64,000 nt of DNA, from NCBI GenBank assembly GCA_046290465.1, contig JBKAGP010000001.1, positions 4,800,001 to 4,864,000 of the forward strand, in the 5' to 3' direction. The position numbers and the translations under genes were made by a program. The first letter of the stretch is position 1, and every line of letters starts with the position of its first letter. Origin of the DNA: Planctomycetota bacterium (GTDB lineage Bacteria > Planctomycetota > UBA1135 > UBA2386). Below, one piece after another: positions 16,637-27,188 of this stretch. The notes beneath the pieces were generated by a model, which saw only the letters and a list, made by a program, of their open reading frames with translations, was not told the DNA's origin and ran no database searches.

Positions 16637-19276
16637 GTGACCAAGCCCTCGATCACGTTTGCGTTGTTCGCGGTGGCCGCGCTGTGCGGCTGCTCCTCCG
16701 AGACCGGCGGCACCCCGCCCGCACCGCAGGCCGCGCGGCTGCCGGCGCAGCCGGAGCTCCGCTACCACCTCGACGAGGACACCGGCATCACGCTGCCCGA
16801 GGGCTTCGACGCCGACCTCGTCTACGACGTGCCCGAAGCGCAGGGCTCGTGGGTCGCGATGGACTTCGACGGCAACGGCCGCCTGCTCGTCTCCGACCAG
16901 GACGACAAGGGCATGTTCCGGGTCACGCTGCCGGCGGTCGGCGACGCCGACGGCGAGGTTGCGGTCGAGAGCCTGAGCGGCTTCCCGCAGGAGCCGGTCA
17001 AGTGGGGGCGTCGCACGGTGTGGGGTGCGCTCGGGTTCCTGTTCGCGTTCGACAGCCTCTACATGTCGACGATGAAGGGCTTCTATCGCGTGCGCGACAC
17101 CGACGGCGACGACCAGTTCGACGAGTTCGTGCTGCTCAAGAAGCTGCACCCGGGCTGGGAGCACTCGGCGCACACGATCGTGCTCACCGAGGACGGCGAG
17201 GGTCTCTACCTGATCTCGGGCAACCACTCGCGGCTGCCCGACGGCGTGCGAACGCTGCACCCGCAGGTCTACGCCAACGACACGCTGCTGCCGTCGATGC
17301 CCGATCCGAGCGGCCACGCGCGCGGCATCGGCCCGCCGGCCGGCTGGATCGCGCGGGTCTCGCCGGATGGCGAGGACTGGACGATGATCGCGCACGGTCT
17401 GCGCAACGGCGTCGACCTCGCGATCAACCGCGAGGGCGAGCTGTTCACGTGCGACTCCGACCTCGAGTTCGACGTCGGCAGTCCGTGGTACCGTCCGACG
17501 CGCGTCAACCACGTGACGTCGGCGAGCGAGTTCGGTTGGCGGACTGGCAGCGCCAAGTGGCCGGACTACTACGCCGACAGCATGGGCTCGGTGTGTGACC
17601 TCGGGCCCGGTTCGCCGACCGGCATCCAGTTCGGCCATCACTCCGACTGGCCGTCGGCGTTCCAGGACAAGCTGTTCGTCTGCGACTGGACCTTCGGCAC
17701 CATCTACACGGTCGAACTGCACGAGGACGGTTCGAGCTACCGCGGCACCAAGCGCGAGTTCCTGCACGGCGAACCGCTGAACATCTCGGCGATGCGCTTC
17801 GGTCCCGACGGCCACATGTACTTCCTGATCGGCGGCCGCAACACCGACTCCAAGCTCTACCGGGTGCGCTACGTCGGCCAGCCGGAGCAGGGCGAAGGCC
17901 GGCAGCTGGCGGCCAACCAGGAACTGCGCGATCTGCGCCACTCGCTCGAACGGTTCCATGGGGATGCCACGGCGGGCAAGGCTGCGGTCGATGCGGCGTG
18001 GCCCCACCTCGGGCACGCCGACCGCGGCGTGCGCTATGCGGCGCGGCTTGCGATCGAGAGCCAGGACGTGGCGCTGTGGCGGGAGCGCGCGTTGCAGGCG
18101 CGGGAGCCGCGCACGCTGGCGCACGCGGGGATCGCGCTGGCGCGTCACGGCGACGCGGCGCTCGGTGGCCGCGCGTTCGCGGCGCTGTCGACGGTCGACT
18201 TCGCCGAGCTGCCGCGCGAGGACCAGCTCGCGGTGCTGCGCGCCTGGGGGCTGTGCCTGATCCGCCTGGACGACCCCGGCGCCGCGGCGCGGGAGGCGCT
18301 CGCCGAGAAGCTGCTGCCGTGCTACCCGTCCGGAGACGAGGACCTCGACGCCGAGCTGTGCCGCCTGTTGTGTCGCATCGACGCCCCCGCGGTCGTCGAG
18401 AAGACCGTCGCGTTGATGAAGACGACGCAGACGCGGGCGTTCGACTACGACGCGACGCTGCTGGCGCGGCACGAGTACGGCAAGCCGATCCTCGAGGCGA
18501 TGGCGAAGACGCCCAACAGCCAGAACATCCACTACGCATACTGCCTGCGCGGCGTGCAGCGCGGCTGGACGCGCGAGCTGCGCAAGGACTACTTCGGGTG
18601 GCTCAACCGCATGCTGCAGACCAGCGGCGGCAAGAGCTTCTCCGGCTACATCCGCGCGATCCGCGAGGATGCGATCGCGGCGCTGCCCGACGACGAGGCC
18701 GCGGCGGTCGCGTGGCTGATCGGCGACGTCGAGCCGATCGACGTCGCGGCGCTGCCGCAGGCCAGGGGGCCCGGGCAGGCGTGGACGCGGCAGCGCACCA
18801 TGGCGCTGTTCGACGGCGAACTGCGCGGCCGTGACTTCCAGAACGGCAAGAACATGTTCCAGGCCGGGCAATGCGTGCTGTGCCACCGGTTCGCCGGTGA
18901 GGGCGGTCGCTGCGGTCCCGACCTCGGTTCGGTTGGCCGCCGCTTCTCGATCGAGGCGATCGTCGCGTCGATCTGCGAGCCCAACGACACCATCGCCGAG
19001 CAGTACCAGGCGAGCATCGTCAGGCTGAAGGACGGCAGCGAGCTGCAGGGTCGCGTGATCTGGCGCGACGACCAGGAGATCGCCGTCGCCACCAACGCCT
19101 ACGACTTCGCCGACCTGAGCAAGGCGCCGAGCGCCGACGTCGCGGCCATCGAGCTGTCGCCGCTGTCGATGATGCCGCCGAACACGATCGGGCAGATGAA
19201 CGCCGATGAGGTGAAGGACCTGATCGCCTACCTGATCTCGGGCGGCAACAAGCGGCACCGCGTGTTCCGGAAGTGA
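16637..19276 (+). CDS. PVC-type lipoprotein: propeller dehydrogenase-like domain + HEAT repeats + c-type heme domain
   Basis: Lipobox LCGC; GLRNGVDLA, DSDLEFDVG.PWYRPTR, GPGSPTG; CVLCH...GPDL; SMMP. Confidence 0.88.
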   Translation: MTKPSITFALFAVAALCGCSSETGGTPPAPQAARLPAQPELRYHLDEDTGITLPEGFDADLVYDVPEAQGSWVAMDFDGNGRLLVSDQDDKGMFRVTLPAVGDADGEVAVESLSGFPQEPVKWGRRTVWGALGFLFAFDSLYMSTMKGFYRVRDTDGDDQFDEFVLLKKLHPGWEHSAHTIVLTEDGEGLYLISGNHSRLPDGVRTLHPQVYANDTLLPSMPDPSGHARGIGPPAGWIARVSPDGEDWTMIAHGLRNGVDLAINREGELFTCDSDLEFDVGSPWYRPTRVNHVTSASEFGWRTGSAKWPDYYADSMGSVCDLGPGSPTGIQFGHHSDWPSAFQDKLFVCDWTFGTIYTVELHEDGSSYRGTKREFLHGEPLNISAMRFGPDGHMYFLIGGRNTDSKLYRVRYVGQPEQGEGRQLAANQELRDLRHSLERFHGDATAGKAAVDAAWPHLGHADRGVRYAARLAIESQDVALWRERALQAREPRTLAHAGIALARHGDAALGGRAFAALSTVDFAELPREDQLAVLRAWGLCLIRLDDPGAAAREALAEKLLPCYPSGDEDLDAELCRLLCRIDAPAVVEKTVALMKTTQTRAFDYDATLLARHEYGKPILEAMAKTPNSQNIHYAYCLRGVQRGWTRELRKDYFGWLNRMLQTSGGKSFSGYIRAIREDAIAALPDDEAAAVAWLIGDVEPIDVAALPQARGPGQAWTRQRTMALFDGELRGRDFQNGKNMFQAGQCVLCHRFAGEGGRCGPDLGSVGRRFSIEAIVASICEPNDTIAEQYQASIVRLKDGSELQGRVIWRDDQEIAVATNAYDFADLSKAPSADVAAIELSPLSMMPPNTIGQMNADEVKDLIAYLISGGNKRHRVFRK

Positions 19277-19298
19277 CGCGGCCCTCCCCGGGGGCTGC

Positions 19299-19341
19299 CC
19301 CGGAGAGAGCCAGAGGAGAGAGCCAGCCCGGAGAGAGCCAG
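19299..19341. repeat. 3 x ggagagagccag short tandem repeat
   Basis: Read directly in the intergenic region downstream of the 16637-19276 gene. Confidence 0.75.
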
Positions 19342-19348
19342 GTCGATG

Positions 19349-19435
19349 CTAGCGGGCAAAGCCCGGTCCGCACGCGAACACGCCGCTTCCGCGATCACGG
19401 TCGGCAGCGCGTCCACTACATGGACGCGCTCCTAG
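19349..19435. mobile_element. 87-bp CTAG-bounded miniature element, copy 1
   Basis: Near-identical to 59910-59997; CTAG at both ends; hairpin agcgcgtcca-ctaca-tggacgcgct. Confidence 0.7.
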
Positions 19436-20961
19436 CGGTGGAACATCGACTGGAGGTTCGTCAGCGTGCGGGTCGTCGTTCCCTGGAACGGGAGCGCCTG
19501 CCAGTTCATCTGGGTGACGACCGGCGGGTTGCCGAGGACCGAAGGCGGCAGCAGGTAGGGGATGGAAGGCTGCGTGAAGACGCTGTTCACGTCGTCCCAG
19601 AAGCCGATGGTCGGGTCGATCCACATCAGCAGGTCCCCGTACGGCGGCTGCGGGGTCGGCGCACTCGAGAGGCCCGGGCGCACGTTCTGGATGCTCGTCG
19701 GCGTCCATTCGCGCCAGAACGGGATCACGTTGTTCGGCTCCATGAAGTTGATCGCGAACAAGCCGGAGTAGTTGCCGGTGAAGCCGACGACCGGGTTCAG
19801 GAAGAACGCGAGGTCGCCTCCGAACGGTGAGTTGCCCATGCCGGTGTAGTCGGTGGTGCCGTACTCGTAGCCGGCCAGGATGAACTCACCGGACTCGTCG
19901 GCGCCGATGTCGATGGCGGCGCGATCGACGCGAGCGTTGCCATAGCCTTCGCAGTCGGTGTCGAAGATGTCGACGTTGCAGCCGAACGTCTGCTTGCCCG
20001 AAGTGCCGTTGTTCCACACCAGCGCCGGCATGGTGCCGGCGTCGATCGCCGGAGAACCCGGACGCAGGCGCAGGTCGAACGGCGTCAGCGCCATCCCGAC
20101 GTTGGCCTGGATGTAGGTCGGGTGGCTGAGCAGCGTGTTGAAGACCGGGATCGGGGGGAGCCCGGCCTTGATCGGCGACACGCCGGCAAGATCGGTGGTG
20201 GCGAACGCCGAGCTGATCACGTCGTCGGCGTCGATCCCCTCGAGGTCGCTGACCGAGTTATCGGAGAACAGGCAGTTCAGCAGCCCCGGCTCGCTTTCCC
20301 CGTTGCTGTTGGCAACGTTGTCCACGCGGTTGAGGATGCCGATGGTCGCGGTGATCACGGTGCAGTTGATGAACTTCGGGCGGTTCTCGACGATCCCGTT
20401 GTTGTCGGCGTCGTGCCCGGGCCATGGGGTGCCGGGGCGTACGACGATGTCGACGGCCGCGACCTGCGAGTCGATCAGGAAGCAGTTCGCGAACGTGGGG
20501 TTCGCACGGACCTGCTTCTCCGCGACCTGTCCGTCGGAGATCGTCACGCAGCGGTTCTTGCCGACGATGGTGACCCCGTCGACGACGGCGTTGTCGTAGG
20601 CGTTGACCTGCTCGGGGATGAACTCGAGCACGGTCGCAGCCGAGTCCGTGATGAGCACGGTGTTCAACGCGTTGGTGCCCTGGATGCAGGTCCGGGGCGG
20701 AACGAGCAGCGGCCAGCTCTCGCTGGTCTGGTCGTACTCACCGGGCAGCAGGACGATCGTGTCGTCGGTGCCGGAGTTTCGGGCGAGTTGCGCGGCTTGC
20801 CGCAGAGTGCGCAGCGGTTGCGCGAGCGTGCCGGCGTTGTTGTCGTTGCCGTTGGCCGGGTCGACGTAGAAGGTGCCACAGTCGATGGGCTGTGGATCCT
20901 GTGCCGCGACGAACGCGGGCAGCAGCAGGGCTGCGAAGAGGACGGGATTGCGAGTCTTCAT
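19432..20961 (-). CDS. Secreted DUF1565/pectin-lyase-like beta-helix protein
   Basis: FYVDPANGNDNNAGTLAQPLRTL, LLPGEY, DLRLRPGSPAIDAG, DIGADE; signal peptide. Confidence 0.82.
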   Translation of the reverse strand: MKTRNPVLFAALLLPAFVAAQDPQPIDCGTFYVDPANGNDNNAGTLAQPLRTLRQAAQLARNSGTDDTIVLLPGEYDQTSESWPLLVPPRTCIQGTNALNTVLITDSAATVLEFIPEQVNAYDNAVVDGVTIVGKNRCVTISDGQVAEKQVRANPTFANCFLIDSQVAAVDIVVRPGTPWPGHDADNNGIVENRPKFINCTVITATIGILNRVDNVANSNGESEPGLLNCLFSDNSVSDLEGIDADDVISSAFATTDLAGVSPIKAGLPPIPVFNTLLSHPTYIQANVGMALTPFDLRLRPGSPAIDAGTMPALVWNNGTSGKQTFGCNVDIFDTDCEGYGNARVDRAAIDIGADESGEFILAGYEYGTTDYTGMGNSPFGGDLAFFLNPVVGFTGNYSGLFAINFMEPNNVIPFWREWTPTSIQNVRPGLSSAPTPQPPYGDLLMWIDPTIGFWDDVNSVFTQPSIPYLLPPSVLGNPPVVTQMNWQALPFQGTTTRTLTNLQSMFHR

Positions 20962-21061
20962 GGGTTCTGGAGACACGCCCGCGGACCATCCGCGATGCGT
21001 GTCCACCAGAGGGGGACGGCGGGCCGCGAACGCGTAATGCGCTTTCTCGCGATCTGCGCGA

Positions 21062-23857
21062 TCAGCGCTGCGAGCGGGCCGCGGGCCAGGCGGTGCCGTC
21101 CAGCTCCTGCTGCGCCATGTCGAGCAGTTGCACGGGCAGGCCGCGGCGCGTGACCTCGACCGCGGGCAGGTCGCGGATCCAGGCGTTGGCGATCGCGCCG
21201 ACCTGCAGCGCCGTGTGGTCGTCGCCGACGACAGCACACAGGTAGGCGGCAAACAGCGCGAGCTCGACACGGCGTGCGTGCGGTTCGTCTTCGCGCCACA
21301 TCCGGCGGGCGAGCGCGACGCAGCGACGCCGCGCCTGCTGGATCAGATCACCGAGTTGTACGGCCTCCCGATCGGCCCTGCTGCCGTCGCGTGCCAGCCA
21401 CCGCTGCACGACCAGCAACGCCGTCACCGCCGTGGCCTCCGGGTGCAGGTCGTCGGCTTCGAGCGTCGCCATGGCGGCCTGCCAGGCCCGGTGCTCCCAG
21501 TCCTGGTGTTCGCGCGGCCGCGCGGGACGGCTGCGCCCCGCGGCGTCGGCCACGATTCGGGCAACGACCATGGCCTGCGCGTGCGCGCTGGCCACGTGCT
21601 TGGCGTCGCCGACGTGCGCGGCTTGGGCACGGATCCTGTCGCAGCGGTCGAGGAGCGCGGTGGCGGTGTCGATGAGCTCCGATTGGAACGGGCTCGCTGC
21701 AATCTCGATGGAGTCGAGCTGCAGCAACGCCAGCTCGGCGCGCCGCCGGTTCCACGGGTGGTTGCCGGCGGCCGAGCCGCGGCGCAGCAGGCGACGGGCG
21801 CGCTCGAGATCTCGCGCCTCGAGGGCGAGGTTGGCCTCGCACATCCCCAGCCACTCGTCGTCGGCATACCGCTCGCGGGCTTCGGCCAGCCGTTGCTCTG
21901 CCCGTTCGGTCTCGCCTCGCCGGGACATCAGGTTGATCCGGGCGACTGCCATCCGGACGTGCTCTTGCCTTCGCTGGCTTCGGAGCTGCTGTTCCGCGAG
22001 TTGCAGGTGCCGCGCGGCGCGCTCGAAGTGTCGGCGCAGGGTCGCCAGCCGTCCGATCACGATGTGCAGCTCCGGTCGCGGGCGGCCGGGCTCCCAGAGC
22101 ATCGAGAGCGTCTCGTCGGCTCGCTCGGCATCGCCGCGCAGCTCGTAGACCAGCCCGTGCATCATCCGGGCCCGCAGGTGGGCGCCGTCCAGCGTCCGCG
22201 CTGCCCGCACCTCGTCCGCGATCCTGTCGAGCGGTGCGTGTCGGGCGTGCCAGAAGGCCGCGGTGTAGACGTGGTCGCTCGCGTCGTGGGCCTCCGCCGA
22301 CAGCTCTTCCGTGAACCGTCCGTCCCGGGCGGCAGCGACGGCGGCGCAGAGCCGCGGGAATCGGCCCGTGCCCTGCAGTTTGCCGAGCGGTTGGTCGACC
22401 TGCTCGATGCCGGCATGCAGCGCGAGGAACAGCTCCGCGACGATCGTCTCGGGATCTCCGGCGATCTCGGGGTGCGCGGCTACGAGCTCGGCGCGGATCG
22501 CGGCGTCGCGGGTCGTGAGTTGGTAGCGGCCGTCGAGCGTGATGCGGTCCAGCAGCGCCTCGCGGGCCAGCAGCGACCGCGCGTGCCATGCGTGGTCGTG
22601 CAGCTCGACGTCCTGCTCGTCGGCGTCGAGCGCAGCGATCTGCGCCAGCGCGAGGTCGGGGCGCCCGTCCGCGATCAGCCGGTGGATCGCCACGACCTGC
22701 CTTTGCCGCTGTTGCCGCTCGTGCTGCGCGGCGCGCCAGAGCTGGATCGCAAAGACGGCGCTGAGCACCAGCGCGGTCGCGAGCGCAACGGTCTTGAGGC
22801 GGTGGCGCCGGGCGAGCTTGGCGACCTTGGCCAGGGTGCTCGGCGGGCGCGACAGGATCGGCTCGCCGTTGAGGAACCGGTCGAGATCGTCTGCCAGTTC
22901 GCGTGCATTGGCGAAGCGGCGCGCCGGCAGCTTGTCCATCGCGCGTTCGACGATGGTCACCAGGTCGCGTTCGCTATGGTGCAGTTCGAGCCTCGGTGGG
23001 TCTTCGACGAGCACCTTGCGCACCAGCTCGTGCGGATGGTTCTTCGGGAACGGCGGGTGCCCCGCAAGGCACTCGTAGAGGGTCGCACCGAGCGAGTAGA
23101 TGTCGCCGCGCGGATCGATCACCGCCTCGTCGCTGCGGAAGTTCTCGGGCGGCATGTAGGCGAGCGTGCCCGGCATCTGCCCGGTGCCGGTGACCGTCAG
23201 GTCGGCGTCCGCGCGGGCGAGGCCGAAGTCGAGCACGTAGGCGTGGCCGTCTTCGATCTGGATGTTCGACGGCTTGATGTCGCGGTGGACGATGCCCACC
23301 TCGTGGGCCGCGTGCAGCGCGCGTGCGACCTGCGCGCCGGTGCGCGCGACCTCCTGCGCCGGCATGTCGGCCATCGCTTCGGCGAGGGTGCAGCCGTGCA
23401 GGCGCTTCATGACCAGGTAGACCTGCCCCTCGGTCTCGCCGGTGTCGTAGACCGGCACGATGTGGGGGTGGTCGAGAGCGGCCGTCAGCTGCGCTTCGCG
23501 CGTGAACCGCAGGCGTCGCATCGGATCCTCGACGAACTCCGGACGGAGGATCTTGAGCGCGACCTGCCGGTTGAGCGAGCGCTGGCGCGCCAGGTAGACG
23601 CTGCCCATGCCGCCGCTTCCCAGCAATGCGAGGATGTCGTAGTCGGCGATCGACTCGGGCGCGATGTGCTCGACCCGGCTGGGCGGACCCGAGCCGAGCA
23701 CGAAGTCCTCGAGATCGAGGCGTGCGGCGACTTCGGCAGCCAGTCCGTCATCGCCGTCACAGAGTTCGAGCAGGTCCGGGTCCGAGCCCGAGTAGTGGGC
23801 CTCGAACCAGGCGGTCAGCACCTGCTCGATGCGATCGTCCGGCGGCGCGCTGCTCAT
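21062..23857 (-). CDS. Ser/Thr protein kinase with TM segment and TPR-like C-terminus
   Basis: [34 protein letters not shown]. Confidence 0.93.
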   Translation of the reverse strand: MSSAPPDDRIEQVLTAWFEAHYSGSDPDLLELCDGDDGLAAEVAARLDLEDFVLGSGPPSRVEHIAPESIADYDILALLGSGGMGSVYLARQRSLNRQVALKILRPEFVEDPMRRLRFTREAQLTAALDHPHIVPVYDTGETEGQVYLVMKRLHGCTLAEAMADMPAQEVARTGAQVARALHAAHEVGIVHRDIKPSNIQIEDGHAYVLDFGLARADADLTVTGTGQMPGTLAYMPPENFRSDEAVIDPRGDIYSLGATLYECLAGHPPFPKNHPHELVRKVLVEDPPRLELHHSERDLVTIVERAMDKLPARRFANARELADDLDRFLNGEPILSRPPSTLAKVAKLARRHRLKTVALATALVLSAVFAIQLWRAAQHERQQRQRQVVAIHRLIADGRPDLALAQIAALDADEQDVELHDHAWHARSLLAREALLDRITLDGRYQLTTRDAAIRAELVAAHPEIAGDPETIVAELFLALHAGIEQVDQPLGKLQGTGRFPRLCAAVAAARDGRFTEELSAEAHDASDHVYTAAFWHARHAPLDRIADEVRAARTLDGAHLRARMMHGLVYELRGDAERADETLSMLWEPGRPRPELHIVIGRLATLRRHFERAARHLQLAEQQLRSQRRQEHVRMAVARINLMSRRGETERAEQRLAEARERYADDEWLGMCEANLALEARDLERARRLLRRGSAAGNHPWNRRRAELALLQLDSIEIAASPFQSELIDTATALLDRCDRIRAQAAHVGDAKHVASAHAQAMVVARIVADAAGRSRPARPREHQDWEHRAWQAAMATLEADDLHPEATAVTALLVVQRWLARDGSRADREAVQLGDLIQQARRRCVALARRMWREDEPHARRVELALFAAYLCAVVGDDHTALQVGAIANAWIRDLPAVEVTRRGLPVQLLDMAQQELDGTAWPAARSQR

Positions 23858-25012
23858 CTACAGAGCCTGCAGGCCGAACGGCAGGAACCCGAACGTCGTC
23901 ACGACGCCGTTGGGTCCGGCGAGGCTGATCGGCTGTCCCGTGTTCATGTCGAGCAGCGCGGCGTAGCACGGCACGGCCCATGCCGGACACGTGAACTCGA
24001 TGCCGAGGTCGGGCGCGGTCGCCGGAGCGGCGGGGACCAGGCTGTAGGTGTTGTCGGCCCGCATGATCATGACCTGGTAGTCCGGCGTGTAGCCGACGGG
24101 GGGCAGCACGGCGGGCTCGATGTAGACGCGGTCGTCGATCACCCCGGGGTAGAAGTAGTCGTCGCCGATCGCGTAGCGAAAGTAGAAGTCCGGCGAGTTG
24201 CCCTGGCCGGACAGCTGCAGCTGCACGGGCGTGGTCGCCGACATCGTGATGCGTTGGTTGGTCACGGGCGAGCCGGGGAGGCTCTGGTATTCGATCGCCG
24301 CGAGGTGCAGTTCGAACAGTGCGATGCCGTCGGTGATCATCTGGATCAACAGGTTGATCCTCGGATCGTCGGCGAACGTCGTCTGCTGCGTCGCCACCGT
24401 GAACTGACGCGCCAGCAGGTTGCGCAGGAACGTCTCCGTGTCGAACGCGTCCATGGTCAGCGGCTCGGCGCTTGCATGCCAGTTCATCAGGCTGCCGTTG
24501 GCCGTCCAGCCGCTGTCCGGCCACGTCGCGAACACGGTCTCCGGCGAGCCCGTCGCGACATACATCGGCCGCGTGTATTGCGACAGCGCCGGTTGGTTCA
24601 TCGTCGAGGACTGGATCTGGGCGATCGCATCGATCACGTAGGTGGTCGGGATCGTGCACGTCGCGCCGTCGATGTGGATGTCGGAGTTGCCGACCGCATC
24701 GCGAACCGTCGTCAACCACGATGCGCTCGCTTCGCTGCTCGGGGTGACGCCGGGGAGCACGGACTTCGCCAGGTTCGCCCAGTCGGTCTGGTCGGCCGCT
24801 GCAACGCAGACGTAGCCGACCAGCATGGTCTCGCGGTTCTGGCCGAGAACGCTCGGACGAACCCCGAACGTGACGAAGTCCCCGCCGATCGGTTGGTCGA
24901 CGTAGACGTTGGCTCGGACCTTGGGGTGGCCCTGCGCGGCGAGGGGAGCGGACAGGCTCGTCGCGAGCGTCAGCAGGGCTGCGGTCGCGACTGGGAAGCT
25001 ACTGTGGTTCAT
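23858..25012 (-). CDS. Secreted hypothetical protein
   Basis: Signal peptide ending PLAA-Q; its stop abuts the kinase ATG. Confidence 0.8.
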   Translation of the reverse strand: MNHSSFPVATAALLTLATSLSAPLAAQGHPKVRANVYVDQPIGGDFVTFGVRPSVLGQNRETMLVGYVCVAAADQTDWANLAKSVLPGVTPSSEASASWLTTVRDAVGNSDIHIDGATCTIPTTYVIDAIAQIQSSTMNQPALSQYTRPMYVATGSPETVFATWPDSGWTANGSLMNWHASAEPLTMDAFDTETFLRNLLARQFTVATQQTTFADDPRINLLIQMITDGIALFELHLAAIEYQSLPGSPVTNQRITMSATTPVQLQLSGQGNSPDFYFRYAIGDDYFYPGVIDDRVYIEPAVLPPVGYTPDYQVMIMRADNTYSLVPAAPATAPDLGIEFTCPAWAVPCYAALLDMNTGQPISLAGPNGVVTTFGFLPFGLQAL

Positions 25013-25128
25013 GGTCTTGCGGATTCGTTTGGTTGGCGATTCGTTGACCGTGAGGGTTGAACCCGACTTGTGCGTAACGCGCTTTCGAAGAATAATCGCG
25101 CCGCGCGGCTCGGTCCGGGCATCCGGGT

Positions 25129-25743
25129 ATGAGCTCGCCGATCACACCTGATGATTCGTTCGATGCAGACCTGCAGCGGGCCCGTTCCGGAGACCGGAAG
25201 TCGCTCGACAGGCTGCTCCAGATGCTGGAAGCGCGGTTTCGGCGCGATGCGGAGCGACGGGTGGGGACCGCGCTTCGCGGGCGCACCCGGGTCTCCGACG
25301 TGCTGCAGGACGCCTACCTCGAAGTCGTGCGCGGGATCTCCAGGTTCCAGGGCTCGGGCCAAGGGGAGTTCTACGTGTGGGTGACCACCATCGTCGAGAA
25401 CACGGCGCGCCGCCTCCACCGGCAGTTGACCGCCCAGAAGCGCAAGCCTCCGAGCCGCACGACGGAGTGGAATGCGCTGGCGGCGGCGATCTTCCCGTCC
25501 GTCTCGTCGCCGCTCTCCGAGTTGGAGCATTCGGAGAATGCACGGCTCCTCCACGACGCGCTGCAGCAGCTGACCGATGACCATCGTCAGGTGCTCGAAC
25601 AGTGCGTGCTGCTCGGCCGACCCTTCGCAGAGTTGTGCGAGGAGATGGGGCGCAGCGAACCTGCACTCCGGATGCTCGCTGCCCGTGCTCGGGCAGCCTT
25701 GACCAGCAAGCTCTACCAGCTGCGTTCGGACCAGAGTCGCTAG
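25129..25743 (+). CDS. ECF sigma-70 factor
   Basis: ARSGDRKSLDRLL, SDVLQDAY, FYVWVTTI, FAELCEEMGRSEPALRM. Confidence 0.9.
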   Translation: MSSPITPDDSFDADLQRARSGDRKSLDRLLQMLEARFRRDAERRVGTALRGRTRVSDVLQDAYLEVVRGISRFQGSGQGEFYVWVTTIVENTARRLHRQLTAQKRKPPSRTTEWNALAAAIFPSVSSPLSELEHSENARLLHDALQQLTDDHRQVLEQCVLLGRPFAELCEEMGRSEPALRMLAARARAALTSKLYQLRSDQSR

Positions 25744-25825
25744 GCGGCGCGCTTCACCGGGGCGGCAGCGGGCGCGACCTCGACTACGTCGCCGTATGGG
25801 TCGACTACTGGTTCTGAGCGCGCCG

Positions 25826-26464
25826 TCAGCGCCCGCCGAGCATGTTGTAGACCGCCTCGTAGAAGCTGCGTGCGCCTTCCTGGTTGGGGATCGTTCCGGA
25901 GAACCACGGCCGATCCCAACTCCCTGGCAGCCAGCCGAAGAACGGGCGGATGTACCAGCAGACCTGGCCCCCGACCGCGAGCGACGTGAGCATCCACAGG
26001 GTCAGCAGGACGGCGCGGCGACGGCCGTCGAGCACGGTGGCCGGCAGGTCGCGGCGGGCGCGCAGCGTCACCGACAGGCAGCCGGCCAGCACGATCGCGA
26101 AGAAGTTGAAGCGCAGGAATGCCGGGTAGCCGCCGAGGTCGCCTTCGACCGGATCGACCATGGTCCACGCCATGTAGAGCACGATTGGCGTCAGCGACAC
26201 CAGCAGCACGCTGATGTCGTGGAACACCCCGAGCACGATGCGCTGCACGTTCACGAAGCCGAGCGGTGCGCCGAGGAAGCGCGCCAGCACGTGGTAGCAC
26301 ATGGCGCAGGTGGCGGCGGTGACCGCGATCAGCAGCGGGAACTTGACCAGGTTGCGTACGCCGTAGACCCAGCTGTTGGCGATCCCGATGCCGAAGCCGT
26401 AGCCCGCCGACGCGAGCGTCAGCGTCGCGAACCGGCGCAGCACCGAGGCGCGCGACGTGTTCAC
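25826..26464 (-). CDS. Multi-pass membrane protein (Yip1-like), partner/paralog of the adjacent gene
   Basis: About 5 TM helices, KFPLL, WYIRPFFG; GTG overlaps the upstream TGA. Confidence 0.72.
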   Translation of the reverse strand: MNTSRASVLRRFATLTLASAGYGFGIGIANSWVYGVRNLVKFPLLIAVTAATCAMCYHVLARFLGAPLGFVNVQRIVLGVFHDISVLLVSLTPIVLYMAWTMVDPVEGDLGGYPAFLRFNFFAIVLAGCLSVTLRARRDLPATVLDGRRRAVLLTLWMLTSLAVGGQVCWYIRPFFGWLPGSWDRPWFSGTIPNQEGARSFYEAVYNMLGGR

Positions 26465-27111
26465 GACAGCAGCCCGAGCGTCTCGGCCATGCGCCACGTC
26501 AGGAACACCAGCAGCAGCTGCCAGCCGGCCCACAGTGCCCAGTTCTGCCGCAGCGGCGTCAGCCGCGCGTCGCCGTAGAGGCAGCGATTGACGTGGCTGA
26601 GTGCGAGGGCGAGCGACAGCACCAGCAGCAGGATGCGGGTGACGTTGCTGCCGGCGACGCGCTCGGGCATGGTCAGTTCGAGGAACCAGTAGATCGGAGC
26701 GAAGCCGAGCGTGAACAGCGCCGCGGCCGACGGGATCACCAGCGCGATCGCCAGGCACTGGGCCGGATGCAGGCCGATGCCGAGGTAGGCGCCGAACACC
26801 TGCAGCGACGGGTAGCACAGCAGCACCGAACCGAGGAACAGCATCGCGATGTGCGCGATGCGATCGAGGCCGTCGACCGCGGCGAACGGCAGCGCCCCGA
26901 CGAAGCTGCACAGCAGCAGCGCACCGAGCAGCGCCGGGATCGCGACGCCGCCGCGCAGGTTGGCGGCGAGCCGCTGCCGTTCGCCGAGCACGACGTCGAG
27001 CAGGCGGTAGGGCCGCCGCAGCGTCTCGGCCAGCTCGGCGTGCGCGAACGGCTCGGAGTGGATCTGGGGAGGGATGGGCTGCTCGGGCCCCTGAGTGGTC
27101 GATTGGGTCAT
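26461..27111 (-). CDS. Multi-pass membrane protein (Yip1-like)
   Basis: About 5 TM helices; CYPSLQVF, GFAPIYWF. Confidence 0.75.
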   Translation of the reverse strand: MTQSTTQGPEQPIPPQIHSEPFAHAELAETLRRPYRLLDVVLGERQRLAANLRGGVAIPALLGALLLCSFVGALPFAAVDGLDRIAHIAMLFLGSVLLCYPSLQVFGAYLGIGLHPAQCLAIALVIPSAAALFTLGFAPIYWFLELTMPERVAGSNVTRILLLVLSLALALSHVNRCLYGDARLTPLRQNWALWAGWQLLLVFLTWRMAETLGLLS

Positions 27112-27188
27112 GGGAATCTGCCGACTTTGCTCCGCAAAGCCACCGAGCGACAGCTTGCCCGCTTTGCTGTGCAAAGTCGACCCCCGAG

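Noticed and set aside
21128..25060. 1310-aa plus-strand ORF (also 27282-31076, 40956-45380 and other long overlapping ORFs)
   Set aside because: Antisense or alternate-frame shadows of clear genes, expected in high-GC DNA; no motifs of their own
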